The notes beneath the pieces were generated by a model. It was not told the DNA's origin. It ran no database searches and worked only from the letters and a program-made list of their open reading frames with translations. From positions 134,850,001 through 134,914,000 of the forward strand of contig OX597815.1 in the NCBI GenBank assembly GCA_951406725.2: DNA of 64,000 nt, given 5' to 3'. The translations under genes were made by a program, and so were the position numbers. The stretch is from Octopus vulgaris (lineage: Eukaryota). Positions 50,769 to 64,000 of this stretch are shown one piece after another. How positions within the stretch are numbered: position 1 is the stretch's first letter; each line of letters begins with the position of its first letter.

Positions 50769-52884
50769 TATGTATATATATTTGTGTGTCTGCCTCAGTA
50801 GTTTCCAAACTTTTCATCATTAAGGACCTTTTGTATTTAAATGAATTTTCAGGTGGATCCCCAGACTTTTCAGAAGTTTATTTACTCTACAATCTGATTT
50901 TTATTAACTAACAAGAAGCTTGTATTACTGGTTTCACCTCTCGGTTGAAAGATATATGAAATTAGAAAATGGCAGTAGTAAAAGACTTTACTTGGGTTAT
51001 GAAAGGTTTGAATCTGTTTTATTGATACTGTAACCTGGATTTCGGGCATAATGGCAGACAGTTTTATTAGGAGATGAAGTCGCATGTCTAGGTTTCTGTA
51101 TTTAAATTTTATAAGAAATCTGACTGGGAGAAATCTGACTCTCATAAATAATTGGGAATGGTATTAAATATTTCAATGATTCGGACTCGAATTCCAGCTG
51201 CTCATTTTTCACATGGAACCAAATGTCTGCTACATCGTATCAAATGAAACTTGGCACTAAAGTTCAACAAGACTATTTCTTTCACGTGAAGGTAAAATAT
51301 TTTACAGTTTTTAGATTTATATGAAATGGTCTAGAATACAGTTGTTATTAGTATCTGATGAGGGAAATAAACCATAAAACTTTTTTTCAAACTTTGCAAA
51401 TACTGAGTGAAAATGTTTTGTTATTTCTCCAGAGAAATCATCATTAGATGCTGCAAGGAAGTTTGAGTATCACTAGGATTCAAACACACCACTCTGCAGA
51501 CGTTCAGACCACAAGTCTTATTTCATAATCGTGGTTTCCGCTCTATTTTCAACTTTAAAAATGGTTATAGGAGCTCCCTCAAAAGTAAGTCATTGACGTA
51601 CATAAAAATATTAGATATATATGCTCCCTTAGTTTGCTACAAAACGTTATTGAATTCAAATGAAATGATTTTTCGTATAAAAAGAAAGCTTATTTCACGC
51701 ATCTTGAAAAAACCAAATGGTTTACTGTAAGACGATCAACGTACTTTGGAAAGCAAGAGCAATTGATCATAGGCACTGCCCATCTCCTCACACACACACA
51801 ATCTAAAGGTAAGAGAGTTTAACGGGTATGATTATGAAATTAATTGCTTTCTCTGCCTCTTCGTCATCTCTACTTTTTTCGCATGTTTCTTACGGCTAAT
51901 GTTTCTTTATACATGCAGCAATGAGCCGATATGGCAAAATTTCATTGTCAGTTAATAAATCGTTCAAACTAGTAAAAATAGACTCAGTTGCTGTATGTGC
52001 TGGTAGTGGTTTGTAAAGCAGAAATCTTAATTATAAATGCATATCGTATGAATGCAAGGAAATCGGCACAGTTTGAAGCATCCCTACTTTCGTTTAAATG
52101 TAAGGAATAGCATTCACTTTTAAGCACTCTTTCTCTAACTGATATTTAATAATATCAAAGGTCTTCTATTTGCTGCTTCACAGTGTTTGATAGTGGAAGA
52201 TAATTCCTTGCTACATTGTCCCCACTCATTCTACCTTGATAATAGATACAATTAGTTCCTCCACTGTTGCATGTTGTTTTCCACATTTTGATATTAATGG
52301 ACACGCCATATGATGCAAGCACAACATTTTTATTATCATAAACTGTTGCTATTCATCTTATTTTGTTACGACAATTTCAAGAGACATGTCTGTACCTGAG
52401 AATATATCTTTCTCACCACTGGAATGTCACATAGAAATGGTTTGTTCTAGAGGTTGTTTAATATTGCAACTTTTGCACATCGCATCGCGACAACTGCCTT
52501 CGTATTGCCACCTATAATAGAAATTCGAATTGAGACTTCTTATTTGTTATATTTTCAGCAAGAGAATCTAAAATTTCAACCTCAAAACAATTGTAAAAAG
52601 AAAATGAAGACACTTTACAGCTATAAAATCAAACACCATATACGATTCTCATAGCTCTTATTATTCTACGTTCTTATTTACCTAAAATAAAAAGGGGGCG
52701 ACAAGAAGAAATATTGCTGCGGTGAAAACAATTTCACCTGCAGTATCTGTTTACAAGGAGCATTTTTCTTCTCCAGTTCGTTCTATACTCCTTGTTCTGT
52801 CTGCTGTTAGTATTGCCTATTGTGTATTGTCTACTTCCTTTTCTGTATGTACTTTACACTGTCTATAAGATATATACATCTTAT

Positions 52885-53780
52885 AGAGAGAAGTGGTATC
52901 AAAAAGTCCCTGTACTAATTGTTTAATAAAAAGATAACTTATTTACCTAAGTTTTGACATCATCTCCTTCGAAATAGTCACCTTGCGCAGCAATACTCCG
53001 GTCCCAGCGATCCTGCCACTTTTGGAATCCGTTTTCCGTAAGAGAGTCGAGGATCTTCTGCGACCCGCTCTGTGGATCTCGACAACGGTGTTAAAACGGC
53101 GACCTTTGAGCTGCATTTTCCTCTTGGGGAAGAGAAGGAAGTCCGTAGGTGCTAAATCTGGCGAATAGGGCGGTAGCGGAAACAATACTATGTTTCTGGT
53201 GAGAAACTCACGCGTGAGGAGCGCTCGGTGACGGGGTGCATTGTCGTCGTGAAGAATCCAATTCTTCGCACTCCACAGATTCGGTCGCTTTCGCTTAATG
53301 TCCTTCCTCAAACGCTTCAAAGCGTCGTAGTAGAACTCTCGATTGATGGACTAGCCCTGAGGGACGAATTCTCGATGCACAACATCACATTTCTGGGGTT
53401 TGACGCTCATGGTAGGTCTTCCAGACCGCTCATCGTCATTCAGGAACGTTCTACCACTTTTGCAGCACCCGTGCCACTCGAAATATTGCGTACGACCCAT
53501 TGCCTCGTCGCCGTAAGCTTTCGGAGCATGCTCAATGTCTCCGTAGCAAACTTCCCAAGTTTAACGCAAAATTTCATGTTGGCTCCTTTGTTCCTGTCTA
53601 TGACAAAATTGCAGACTACAGCATACACGTGATCACAAAAACACAAATTTCTCAACTTGAGAAGTAAATACAGCGATGCCGTTCAGCACAGTGCCTCATG
53701 AATGTCACTGCTAGCTCTCGTTGCGCACGCAATCACGTGCTGCCATCTGTTGGTGCGCTACAGAATTAGTCCGGGAAATA
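52885..53780 (-). mobile_element. Internally deleted mariner
   Basis: NMKFCVKLGKFATET (N-terminus) and WILHDDNAPRH...PPYSPDLAPTDFLLFPK..LKGRRF. Remnant TIRs tccctgtactaatt / aattagtccggga. Confidence 0.9.
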
Positions 53781-55156
53781 CTGTTGTCATTACTGTTGTT
53801 TAGCCTTCAGTTGGATCGTAACTAAGTTGACGTGACTGAAGGCATTTCACCTATGACTCGCATCTTTCTTCAGCCATAGTGGATTGAGAGCTACACTACC
53901 TGTTGTATTTTCCCCTTGTTATTATTTTGGCTATTAAATCCTGATTAAACAGACTTAAGACCAAAGGAGTTAGTCATGACGATCTCGACTTTGTTTTCTA
54001 CCAGTGTGTATCTAGGAGTACATTCTTTAATGTCTCCTTCCTCTTTCAAGGAAGTTGGTGGGAGTTCAAGTTTGGGCGACTATCGGGCAGAGCAACAATT
54101 TTGTAATTTTGTTATCGCCTGTTCAGCTCTTATATAATAGGCCTGTTACCAACATTTTTCTCTTCTTCAAATAGTATGTGTCTACGAGTTCATTATCTGC
54201 AGTATCTTTCCCCACTTTATTTTTAAGACGACGTGATTTGTTTTGAAGAAGCTTCGGGATTTATTTCTAGCAGGTTGAACTACCTACGCATTGTGTCTGT
54301 ATTTCCTTTCTAGAATGTTTATAATGTAGAATATTTGTTGATATTTTCATCTGACCATAGTACTTTCTGATTACAACGTGTTCTGTCTAGACTATGTTAT
54401 TCTGTTTCTAATATGTTTGTCTACTTTGTGTTTTGCTGTTTTCCGCATACCATGTATTTTTTTTCTACAGTGTATTTCGCATGATGTCGTACAATGTGAT
54501 GTTTAGCTTAGTTTTTGTACACGTGCGTGTGTGTATGTATGCGAGATTTGATAGCCGCATGTATATTATGTTAGTAATTGATGACGTACGGATGTGAGTG
54601 TTTGCAATGTCCGAGGTAATTGGCGTGGTAGGGACGTTGGACGGGGCGAAATGAGTTGTTCTACAGTCACCGATGCTGACAACATAATAGAAGAGCATTA
54701 GTGTGTGTGTATCTGTGCTCTAAGAGCATTAGTGTGTGTATGTGTACGTGCGTCTGTAGATGTGTTTGAGTATGACTAGGAATAATAAACCTCAACAACA
54801 AGACAGCTTATCGTTAGCTACAATAATATTGGTGGTGTCTGTGATGGTGATAGTAATGGTAGTGCTAGGCAGTTCAGATGAGATGCGATGGAAGTGTGGA
54901 GTGGGGTATGTACATTGGATAGCGGAAGGGGCAAGCGGATGAAGATGGTAACAAGAATGACTGAGTTATAATGCCGTAAAAGAAGAAAATGATATTATTT
55001 TGTATACATAGTATGCAAAATATTATTTCTCTAGAGCAAAGACCTTCAATTTCTTTTTTCTATCTTACTTTGTGGAGCACCAGAGTTCCCATGAACAAAT
55101 GTGGGCGCACTTCGCAATGAAAGCTTAAAAGTGGACCACAAAATACAAACATAAGT

Positions 55157-55528
55157 GCAGGCGTGGTTGTGTGGTAAGTAGCTTGTTTCCCAGCCACATG
55201 GTTCCGGGTTCAGTTCCACTGTGTGGCACCGTGGGCAAATGTCTTCTACTATAGCCTCGGGACGACCAAAGCCTTGTGAGTGGATTTGGTAGACGGAAAT
55301 TTGTGTGTGTGTTTGTATTTGTCTCCCCACCATCGCTTGACAACCGATGTTGGTGTGTTTACATCCCCGTAACTTAGCGGTTCGACAAAAGAGACCGATA
55401 GTATAAGTACCAGGCTTACAAAGAATAAGTCCAGGAGTCGATATCTTCGTTTAAAAGGTGGTGCTCCAGTATGGCCACAGTCAAAATGATTGAAACCTAA
55501 CCCTGAGACAACTGAAAGAATAAAAGAA
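55157..55528 (+). mobile_element. SINE family C
   Basis: gcaggcgtggttgtgtggtaagtagcttg...gggttcagttccac...gtaacttagcggttcg. Confidence 0.88.
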
Positions 55529-55534
55529 TATTCT

Positions 55535-56104
55535 GAATGTGAGGGACAGAATCGTAAGCGCATAGGATAAAATGCTTAGCGACATTTCTTCTGTCTCTTT
55601 ATATTCTGAGTTGAAATTCTGCCGAGGTCGACTTTGCCTTTCCTCTTTTCGGGGTCGATAAAATAAGTACCAGATAAGCACTGGAGTCGATATCATCGAC
55701 TACTCCGCTCTGACCGTGAGCCAAAATTTCAAACAATTCTTCTTTTTTTTTTCTCTCAATATGGTTCTTGTGACCCCGTTACTTTTCTGTCTCGGTAGCA
55801 GGATACAACCAGTCACCTTAGATGTCAAGCAGCATGCTCCTTTCCTTTCCCATTCTTTATAATCAATCTAATCATCGAATGCCCTTCGTAATGTTTTAGC
55901 TGGCAGAATCATTAGCATGCGTGGAAGTATGCTTAGCGGCATTTTGTCCGTCTTTACGTTCTGTGTTCAAATTTTGCCGAGGTCCACTTTGCCTTTCATC
56001 GTTTCGAGGTAGATAAAATAAGCACCAGTTAAGCACTGGGGTCGATATAATCGATTACACCCTGCTCCCAAATTCCTGGCCTTATGACAAAATTTGAAAC
56101 CAAT
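55535..56104 (+). mobile_element. Two SINE family B copies (55535-55735; 55897-56104)
   Basis: Both contain gccgaggtc.actttgcctttc.tc.tttcg.ggt.gataaaataag.accag. Confidence 0.85.
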
Positions 56105-57245
56105 ATTTTAGCTGTTCTCGATAAGCAAATTCTTTGCAATAGCTCTATCATACAATCTGCTTAGGTTTTCTCTATCTATTTGGCAAGGATGTCCTTCTCT
56201 GCTACTAATGCTCTTACGATTAGTGGAATGATTGTTTCCTTCATTTTCCATATCCTAATTATTTCAAACGTCAACTTGTTACAATAACTGTCAAGAGAAG
56301 ACTTGTGTTTGGAGAAACGACGGTGATAGTGCCTGGATGTCCATGGCTTGAACAGAGAGAGAACAAGAGGCGGTGACACAGGAACAGAATTTTCCCGTTC
56401 TTCATAGCCTCAAACAATTTTAATATCTGCATTCTGGATGGCATGTATTTGTTGAAAGCATTAGTTTAGCGAACCAAGTAACTCCTAGCAAATAACAGTG
56501 AAATAAAATGTTATAGAAAGCTTACTGAAAATCTCTAGGACGATTCTCACAAGATTCAGATACATTCAGATACTCGGACACACACCACAACATCCTCACA
56601 ATAAAAATATTTCTGGAGTATAAACGATGATAACAATCACAAGCTCAATTGGTTCCTTAAAGAACAAGCAGCTCTCTACTTTAATAACACCAGATTTTCT
56701 CATTTTATCACAAGATGTATAGTCTTCGCTATAGATAGGTAACGTGAATGTATCTGTGTTAATAAAGCATCACGACTTATTGAATGGGTTTATTACTGGT
56801 TTTGCGATTCTATGTCCTCGGGCCCAAGTTTCGCCACACACGCACGTGCACTGCATGCATCCTTCTTTTGAAGGATGTGTATAATTAGGGAGCAGGGTTA
56901 ACTCAGTAAACTTATCAATGTGATAATATTCTACTTATTGCTTCCTGAAATACTGAGTTCTTATTTCTCTAATTGAAAGCTTTACACACGTCAACACAAA
57001 CACACAAACGCGTGTGCGTTATGTACTTTAACATTCTGTACTTTGCCAACATTAAAAAGTGAAGACAGCATGCAAGTTCAAAATGGAATATAATAAAATC
57101 AAGATATTTTTATATATGAAATTGTCGTTTATTTCATGAGAAACAACTTATTTTTAAAATTATACTACACTCTTTGTTCGTCTTTGGGTTTGTTGTGGAA
57201 AAACTTTAGGACATGCAAACATACTCTCTCTTCTTGTCCGACGCG

Positions 57246-57313
<68 letters not shown>

Positions 57314-58552
57314 ATTACATGCACATGTGTGTTTTAGATTACACGCCAGTCAAAAACTTAAGTGCGCAAACACACAAACGCAACCCATGTAGATTTTTTA
57401 GAACGCAGTTGTCAAAACTTCGTAAGATGTATGCACGTACAAACACTTTCTCTTTCCCTCTCACTGTCGCACGCACACACTCTGCCGTACACATGTTAGA
57501 TCATATCATAGTGAAACTTTTAATTGCACAGAACTAACTCGCATACACTTCGTTCAAAATTCGTTAGGTGCACACAAATACTACAACATGCATATACAAC
57601 GCATACATTGACACAAAACATTCACACACATATTATATCGCATATGTCAAAAGTCCGTTTGATACACAAAGGCACAGACAGAATAGTTACCTGAAATTAG
57701 CAAAGAAAATTTTTTTCTTTTAAAAAGGCGGCTGCTTTAACATCAATTATTGCAAGACAATATAAAAGAACAAGACACAAAGCATAAAAGACGAGTATAA
57801 AATGCAACCCCAAAACAGATACGAACAATCGTGATTATCTAATGAGACAATAAAAATATAAGAACAGAAAGTTGGAAGGTGCAGCTGAATTCCATGATTG
57901 CCATCACTCTGTGCCATTTACCGGCGTGAACGTTCAATTAACAAGGAAGAGTAGCTGAGGACGGCGAGATCAAGGCAACGGAGAAGATTAGTTTCATTTT
58001 ATCAGCGACAAGAGTGTCAGTCGGCCGGGCTACTGGTTTTCGGTAGTGAGAGATGTTACGGTAAAGTTGAAAGAATAACCAACCATATGACTACCGATCA
58101 AATTACTCAGCCATTCGATATGCGTCTGTCTGTCTATCTATCTTCGTCGTCATCATCATCATCATCATCACTTCTATCCCAGCTCCCTAGTTCTCTCTCA
58201 GTCTGTCTCTGAATACCTGAACACACACATATACAACATGAGGAAACCTCCTTTGGTTTCAACGATGAGCATTCCGTTGATCGATCTGCTAAACTGCCTA
58301 CTTGAACTGAAATTAAAATGTAAGTGGCTGAGAATCCTATAGACACGTGTGCTCTTCATGTATTTCTGAAGTAGAATTAAGTATAGTCCATCAGACGGGC
58401 TTACATGCAATTTCTGTCTACCCAGTTTAACAAAAAAAAAGTGTTTGAGTCAACCAAAAGCTATATTAAAGAACACTTACTCGAGGTACCACGCAGTGAG
58501 ATCGAATCTCAAAACTTACGATAAATAAAACATTTAACAACCCCCTCCCCTT

Positions 58553-58590
<38 letters not shown>

Positions 58591-61500
58591 CGCGCGTGTA
58601 TACGCGCGTGCATGTGAACAACTAACGAGGTAAATACGGTATTTGAAATTCTGAGTTAATTTTATTCCGAAGTGAAAGATTACCGAAAATGAAAATAACT
58701 ATTTCAAATCTACAATAGCGAAGATAAAAAAAATAAATGATAGAAAATATGAAAACACCATAACATCATTTATAAACCAAGTAACGGGGTAAAAAAAAAA
58801 GTTCATAATATCATTGCGATACCTTTCAGTTTATGACAATCTATGCCAATTTTCTGACAATATCTCGGTTTGTAACTCTCTAAACACGTGGTAGCTTGTC
58901 TGCTATTTAGGCGTATATGTCTGTCATATATTATGCATACACAATCTTTCTCGGGCTCTCTTTCCCCCACTACTTCTTCTCTACCTATGCAAGTTCACGT
59001 TTCCCCCCACTCAAACGTAGACGATGTAAAACTCTGCTGCTTTCACCTGCCTACTTGTCATCAAAACCCCGAAGAATGTCTACGGTAATTTCATTTTGCT
59101 TTTCCTGTCGCCTTTTCATAATTATATATAAACTATTGTATTTGAGACCTATATTATCATTGGCTGCATGGTTAAGAAGTTTGCTTCTCCAATCACATAA
59201 TTCTGACATCAATACGGCTGCGCAGTGATTTGGGCAAGTGACTTCTCATATCTACTCATCTTGTGAATAGAATTTGGGAGACGAAATCTATGCTAAATTC
59301 TTTCTTGTGTGTTTGCGTGTGTGTAATATGCACACATGTGGAAGTGTATGTATGTATGTATGTATAGGTATTTAACTTACAAAGTATTTGAAAGGATCTA
59401 CTAATAGTTTCTTGCCGTAAACACTGATTAGGCAGCTTTATATAGCGTGCCTTATATCTCCAAGCAATCTTCGGGCTCGAGACACATAATTAGTTGCATT
59501 TGAAAACCAGGACGCTAGTACATGAAAAAGGTTCGTACAAAACGTGGTATGAGAAGACAAAGGGTGAATAAAACGGAAAAAAGAAGAAAATTGAGAGTTA
59601 TGTGCCCCTTGACCGCAAGACATAATTAATCTAGTTGATGTTGAATAATTTAACGATGAGATATACAAAAGCCTATGGGATAGCTTCTCTATCCGGAGAG
59701 GGTGTTGTTCTCCAGTTCAACGAAATAAGTTTGTCCATGTGCTTGCATTTGCTGAAAATTTCAGATCTGGAATAAAGTAGTGTAGTAAAATTCTTTCAAC
59801 TATGTATAATTTGCATCGCTTTTTTTCCATTTACATAAGGCATAAATATCTCTACAATTCTCTACCTGATTGCACGCGGTAAGTCGCTGGTCTTCAGACT
59901 CCATACGTGGTTTGCAAACTTAGTGGTTTTATTTTTATTGATGTCTTTCTTTTTCCGATTTTATTCACCCTTTATATATATACATACACACACGTGGAAG
60001 AATTATGTATATCTCACACGCAAATGCATGGGAGTAGTATATAATACTATAGAGCAATAATTTTTTATAAGTGATGAGATTACTTTCTACTGTTACTCCA
60101 AGTTTCCAATTCTTCGTTGATCATGGAGCTAAACGCTGAATTTATCTGGGATAAATATTCCGGATATGAGCGGCACTTGGAACAGGACAAAAGGTCATAT
60201 AATGGAGAAAAAAGAAATCCTATTAATAACTACAAAGGAAATATTAGAATAAAGAAAAAAAATTAATATTGATTTTTAAAAAATACAAAAAGTAAAATGC
60301 ATAACCACTTGCTTTATGAGTGTCTTTAGCGAGGCATCACCCACTTCAACGACTTACTGAGTTTATAGGATAAAGTATTGTAAAAGGGTAACTCCGCTAC
60401 AGGAACGTATCGGACAAATGGTATTAAACTGGGTGACGGGTTAGGTCTACCACCCAAATTACAGGAAGTTGCAATCTGGTCTTCTTTGTAAACATAATGC
60501 ATCACTCCTGTATTGATTTCTTTCTCGAGATTACTTTGTTCCAGATGTTAATTATTTGCCATATTTTATTGGAGACTATTTTTAATAACGGCTATCGATG
60601 TTGTGTCGATTTCTGCTGTGTACCATTCCCGAATGGTATCTTTTGTTATTCGCCGCACGCCACACAATAATTCAGCAAAGCAATCCTACACATCGTCTGT
60701 CGCAGACAAGACGTGTGGTAGCTTTGCTTGAACATTCCAGAAGTACACTACAAAATGAGAGACATCTGGATACTGAAAGTTATTTGAAGGGAATACATTT
60801 TAACCTATGATAACTATGTGAGATTTAGGGCTGTTGATACTTTTAGCATTAATGTTTAAATCGGAAGACTGCATGATCCTTAGTCTGATATCAAATTCTC
60901 TAAGGTATGTCTGGCATTTGTTTTAAAATGAATAGTGTGGTAAAGAAAAATAAATCAATAGTAAATCATTAACAAAACAGTGTAGAAATTAACAAAGCAG
61001 GTCTAAAAAAATCATCTGCAATCAATGGCAAAATATACATTCATATATTTACAGTATATAGTTAATTTAGTACGTAAAGGCAATTTATGATAAAAAGAAG
61101 TTTAAAATGTTTTCTGAATCACTGTGATAAATGGAACCGATGCTTATGCTTGGTCTCCAAAGTCGCTGTTGGTATTCTTCTGCTTTAGGTCACTCTAGCC
61201 ATAACCATCACATTTCCTTAGAATTTTTTTAGGATTACACAACCTGGTGCCTTTCTCTTTCTAAGACACTCGAGTGTGATTTGACTGTTATTTTTTTTAT
61301 TTCATCGTTCTCTCTTCAGTTTCCTCAGTGTTAAGCAGTTGAATGATAAATGTTCGTCTGGATAAGAAGCAGATCTTCCTCAATAGATTTTCAAAGTAGT
61401 CGTCAATTCGAGAGCTTTGCCGCTGTTTACAGCAAGAAATTATCTACCAGCCATTGATTTTTACACACACTTAATATCGACTATGCGGTCGATTGACTTG

Positions 61501-61989
61501 CTTGAAATAGCAACCATTGACCCTCAAAGTCGTGGGCACTTAAAGAAAAGACAGAAAATGTCATACATCATTGGTTGAGGAAAAAGCCTTAGTTGATGTC
61601 TACAGGAATGCATTTGATCATATGACTACTTGGTTAGAAATCTTCTGGTTATACAGCGATTTCCTGCTTTGTAAATTTGGGCGTCGAGAGTTAGAAGCCT
61701 TGAACAGGGAGGTGAAACTCTAATCCATCTATTTTTGATACCATACTGACACGGTTAGCAGTCCTCTTGAAGAAGCATAAAGATGTGAAAATCGAAATTA
61801 TAAATTACTTTCCAACTGTCAAGACTGACTCCTCTCGAATGCAATGACTTTTTCGAAATTGTGACTTTTGTAAATTATATGAGAACAAACTTTCAGTAAA
61901 AGGAAGTCACTGAAGCAGTCCCGATTAGTGAGGCCCACATTAAAGTGGTGCATCATTTCATATATCGAGTGGTACTGCGTCTATCTTTA

Positions 61990-62360
61990 TCTTTTTTCTT
62001 TGTCATTAGACTGGGGCCATGCTGGGGCACCGCCCTGAGGAATTTTAGTCGAACTAATCAACACCAGCACTTATTTCCTTTTTTAAGCTCGTTCCTTATT
62101 CCATCGGTTTTGTTTGCCGAACAGCTAAGTTACAGGGGCATAACCGCGTGAACTTCAGATATCAAGCGGTGGGTGGGGGAGATAAACACAGATATTCGCA
62201 CATACATACATTCATACACACACATGCGCGCGCGCGTCCGTCACTAAATCCACTCACAAGGCTTTAGCAAGAAAGCACTTGCCTAAAGTGCCATGAATTG
62301 GAAGTGAATTCGGAACCATGTGGTTTGGAAGTAAACTTCTTACCATGCAGCCACGCCTGT
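61990..62360 (-). mobile_element. Diverged SINE family C
   Basis: ggccatgctggggcaccgcc...ttgccgaacagctaagttac...aaatccactcacaaggcttt...ggaaccatgtggtt. Confidence 0.75.
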
Positions 62361-64000
62361 GTAGGCTGTATCCCCACAAAATCAGCTATTCGACCGTTTA
62401 GCAAAATCTCAGCAACGCGTTTCATCCACAACCTTCCACACGCGCCGCTTTTGCTCCCACTGCTACAACGGCTTCCATCGACCTCGAACTCGATGGCTGC
62501 ATGCACTCTTTTTAAATCCCCCACACCACCCTCAACACACTAATCAATCTTTTCCTCGTCTCTTCAACTCTGTGCTATATTCGCACTTCACTTTTCAATA
62601 CTAAGCATCACCTCGTTCACATATTTCTGGCAGGCATTTATTTTCAAATACTTAAACAACGTTAGTTGCATCAGTATCGTTAGCACCTCTCTGACTTATA
62701 CAAAAACATATTATTGGTAAGTGTATAGTGCAAAAGAATCACAAGAACTAGTTTTCAGTGACGCGACAATAACTAAATTTTGACATCGTCAATGTCATAT
62801 TGACATATCACAGAAGAAAAAATAATTTACAATATAAAAAGGGAAAGAAATTTTTAGCATGGTAACATAATAAAAATAACCATTAGCATGGTAAAAATTT
62901 GATTTGCATGGTTGAAACAGATAGGAAAACTTGCAGAAAAAATCCATGTATATATAATTAATGCGGTAGATATTAATGGACAACACAGGGTAGGTAAAAT
63001 AATTATTTGGAATGATGCAAAGAAAAAGAAAATAGTGAAATACGATGAGAAAGTTGTCGTTATTGACTCACGAAGAAAATCACTAACGAAACATCAAAGA
63101 TTTCATTAGCATAGTTAAAAAAAATATTTCAAAGCTCATTAGTAAGTCAGGATTTTTTTTTGGATTATTGATACCCGATTTTCTGCTATGGAATTGCAGT
63201 TAGCCGATTCGATAAAGAACCACTATTGACAACGTAAGTTTTCGCAATGCTTATCATCTCGCTTCCGTTGCGTGTGTCTGTGACAAAAAAAAAAAAGCAT
63301 TATCAACGATGGTCAAGTTCACTTATCTGGATGCACGAAGAGAAGTAAAACGTACCCCTGTAGGCAACAGCTACGTTGTGGAATTGAGTTGTTCGCTGTC
63401 TGGTAATGCTAAGTTGAAGTTCTCCAGCAGGAAAAAGGCTTCTTTTAATAAACTAGTGTCATATCTAGGAACGTATTTGTCCTTATCGTTGAGCTAAGTG
63501 CACTAAATCGAATGCTTAGGAGAGAAAAACAAAATACCTTGTTGGATATGTCATAGAAGCAAATATGAAACTCCAGTATTTGGTGGGGCATCTTTGTTTT
63601 AGAATAGCAAAGATGAATAACGTTCGAAAGCCCGTAGGGTATTCATGGGTTTTATACTTAATTCGTGCAGATAAGTGCAAAGGAACATCAACTGTCGTGT
63701 TCTAGGTGAGTTCATTTTGCCCATTTCCACTGACCAAAGTTTATAAGTGTTGAGAAATAGATCGAAGAGAAATTGACATCCAGACTATCAAATTGAGCCT
63801 CCGTATGATTCCTCACATTATATTAGAGTGTGCAATATGGCATGGCCTTCAGGTAGATCGAGGCCTCATGAAACTGGAGAATAAATCAATCCGTGGGTAA
63901 TGCCTAGGTGTTAAACTGACTAGATGTCTATCACAACACTTTTTGAACCGGGGATATACAATAATGTGATAAATAATAATGCCTTGGACATGCGGAAAGC

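Noticed and set aside
51350-51385. CTGATGAGG...CC motif
   Set aside because: No GAAA/stem III, so compatible with chance.

Overview
AT-rich, microsatellite-dense eukaryotic non-coding DNA (intergenic or a large intron). The SINE families and composition suggest an octopus/cephalopod genome, which is an inference. No intact host protein-coding gene is supported, and most ORF-track entries are microsatellite or transposon artefacts. The window is a mosaic of decayed mobile elements: a Jockey/CR1-like RT 3' end, three Tc1/mariner relics plus a mariner-derived MITE family, Helitrons (one with a PIF1 helicase remnant), a cluster of R4/Dong-type RLE LINE fragments in (TAA)n/(TACA)n, RTE and L1/Tx1 RT remnants, a long-TIR foldback element and at least five tRNA-derived SINE families. 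Two signals stand out. (1) A series of short Penelope-like/retrozyme-like elements sits in (TA)n tracts and carries minimal type-I hammerhead ribozyme motifs with palindromic stem III. Several unrelated copies have a compensatory U3:A8 core instead of C3:G8, and two are arranged as 353-360 bp tandem monomers. (2) A complete ~1.4 kb ORF1-only (HAL1-like) retroelement with poly(A) tail and TSD is inserted in a SINE. All folds and alignments were done by eye, and element boundaries are approximate unless termini or TSDs are quoted.
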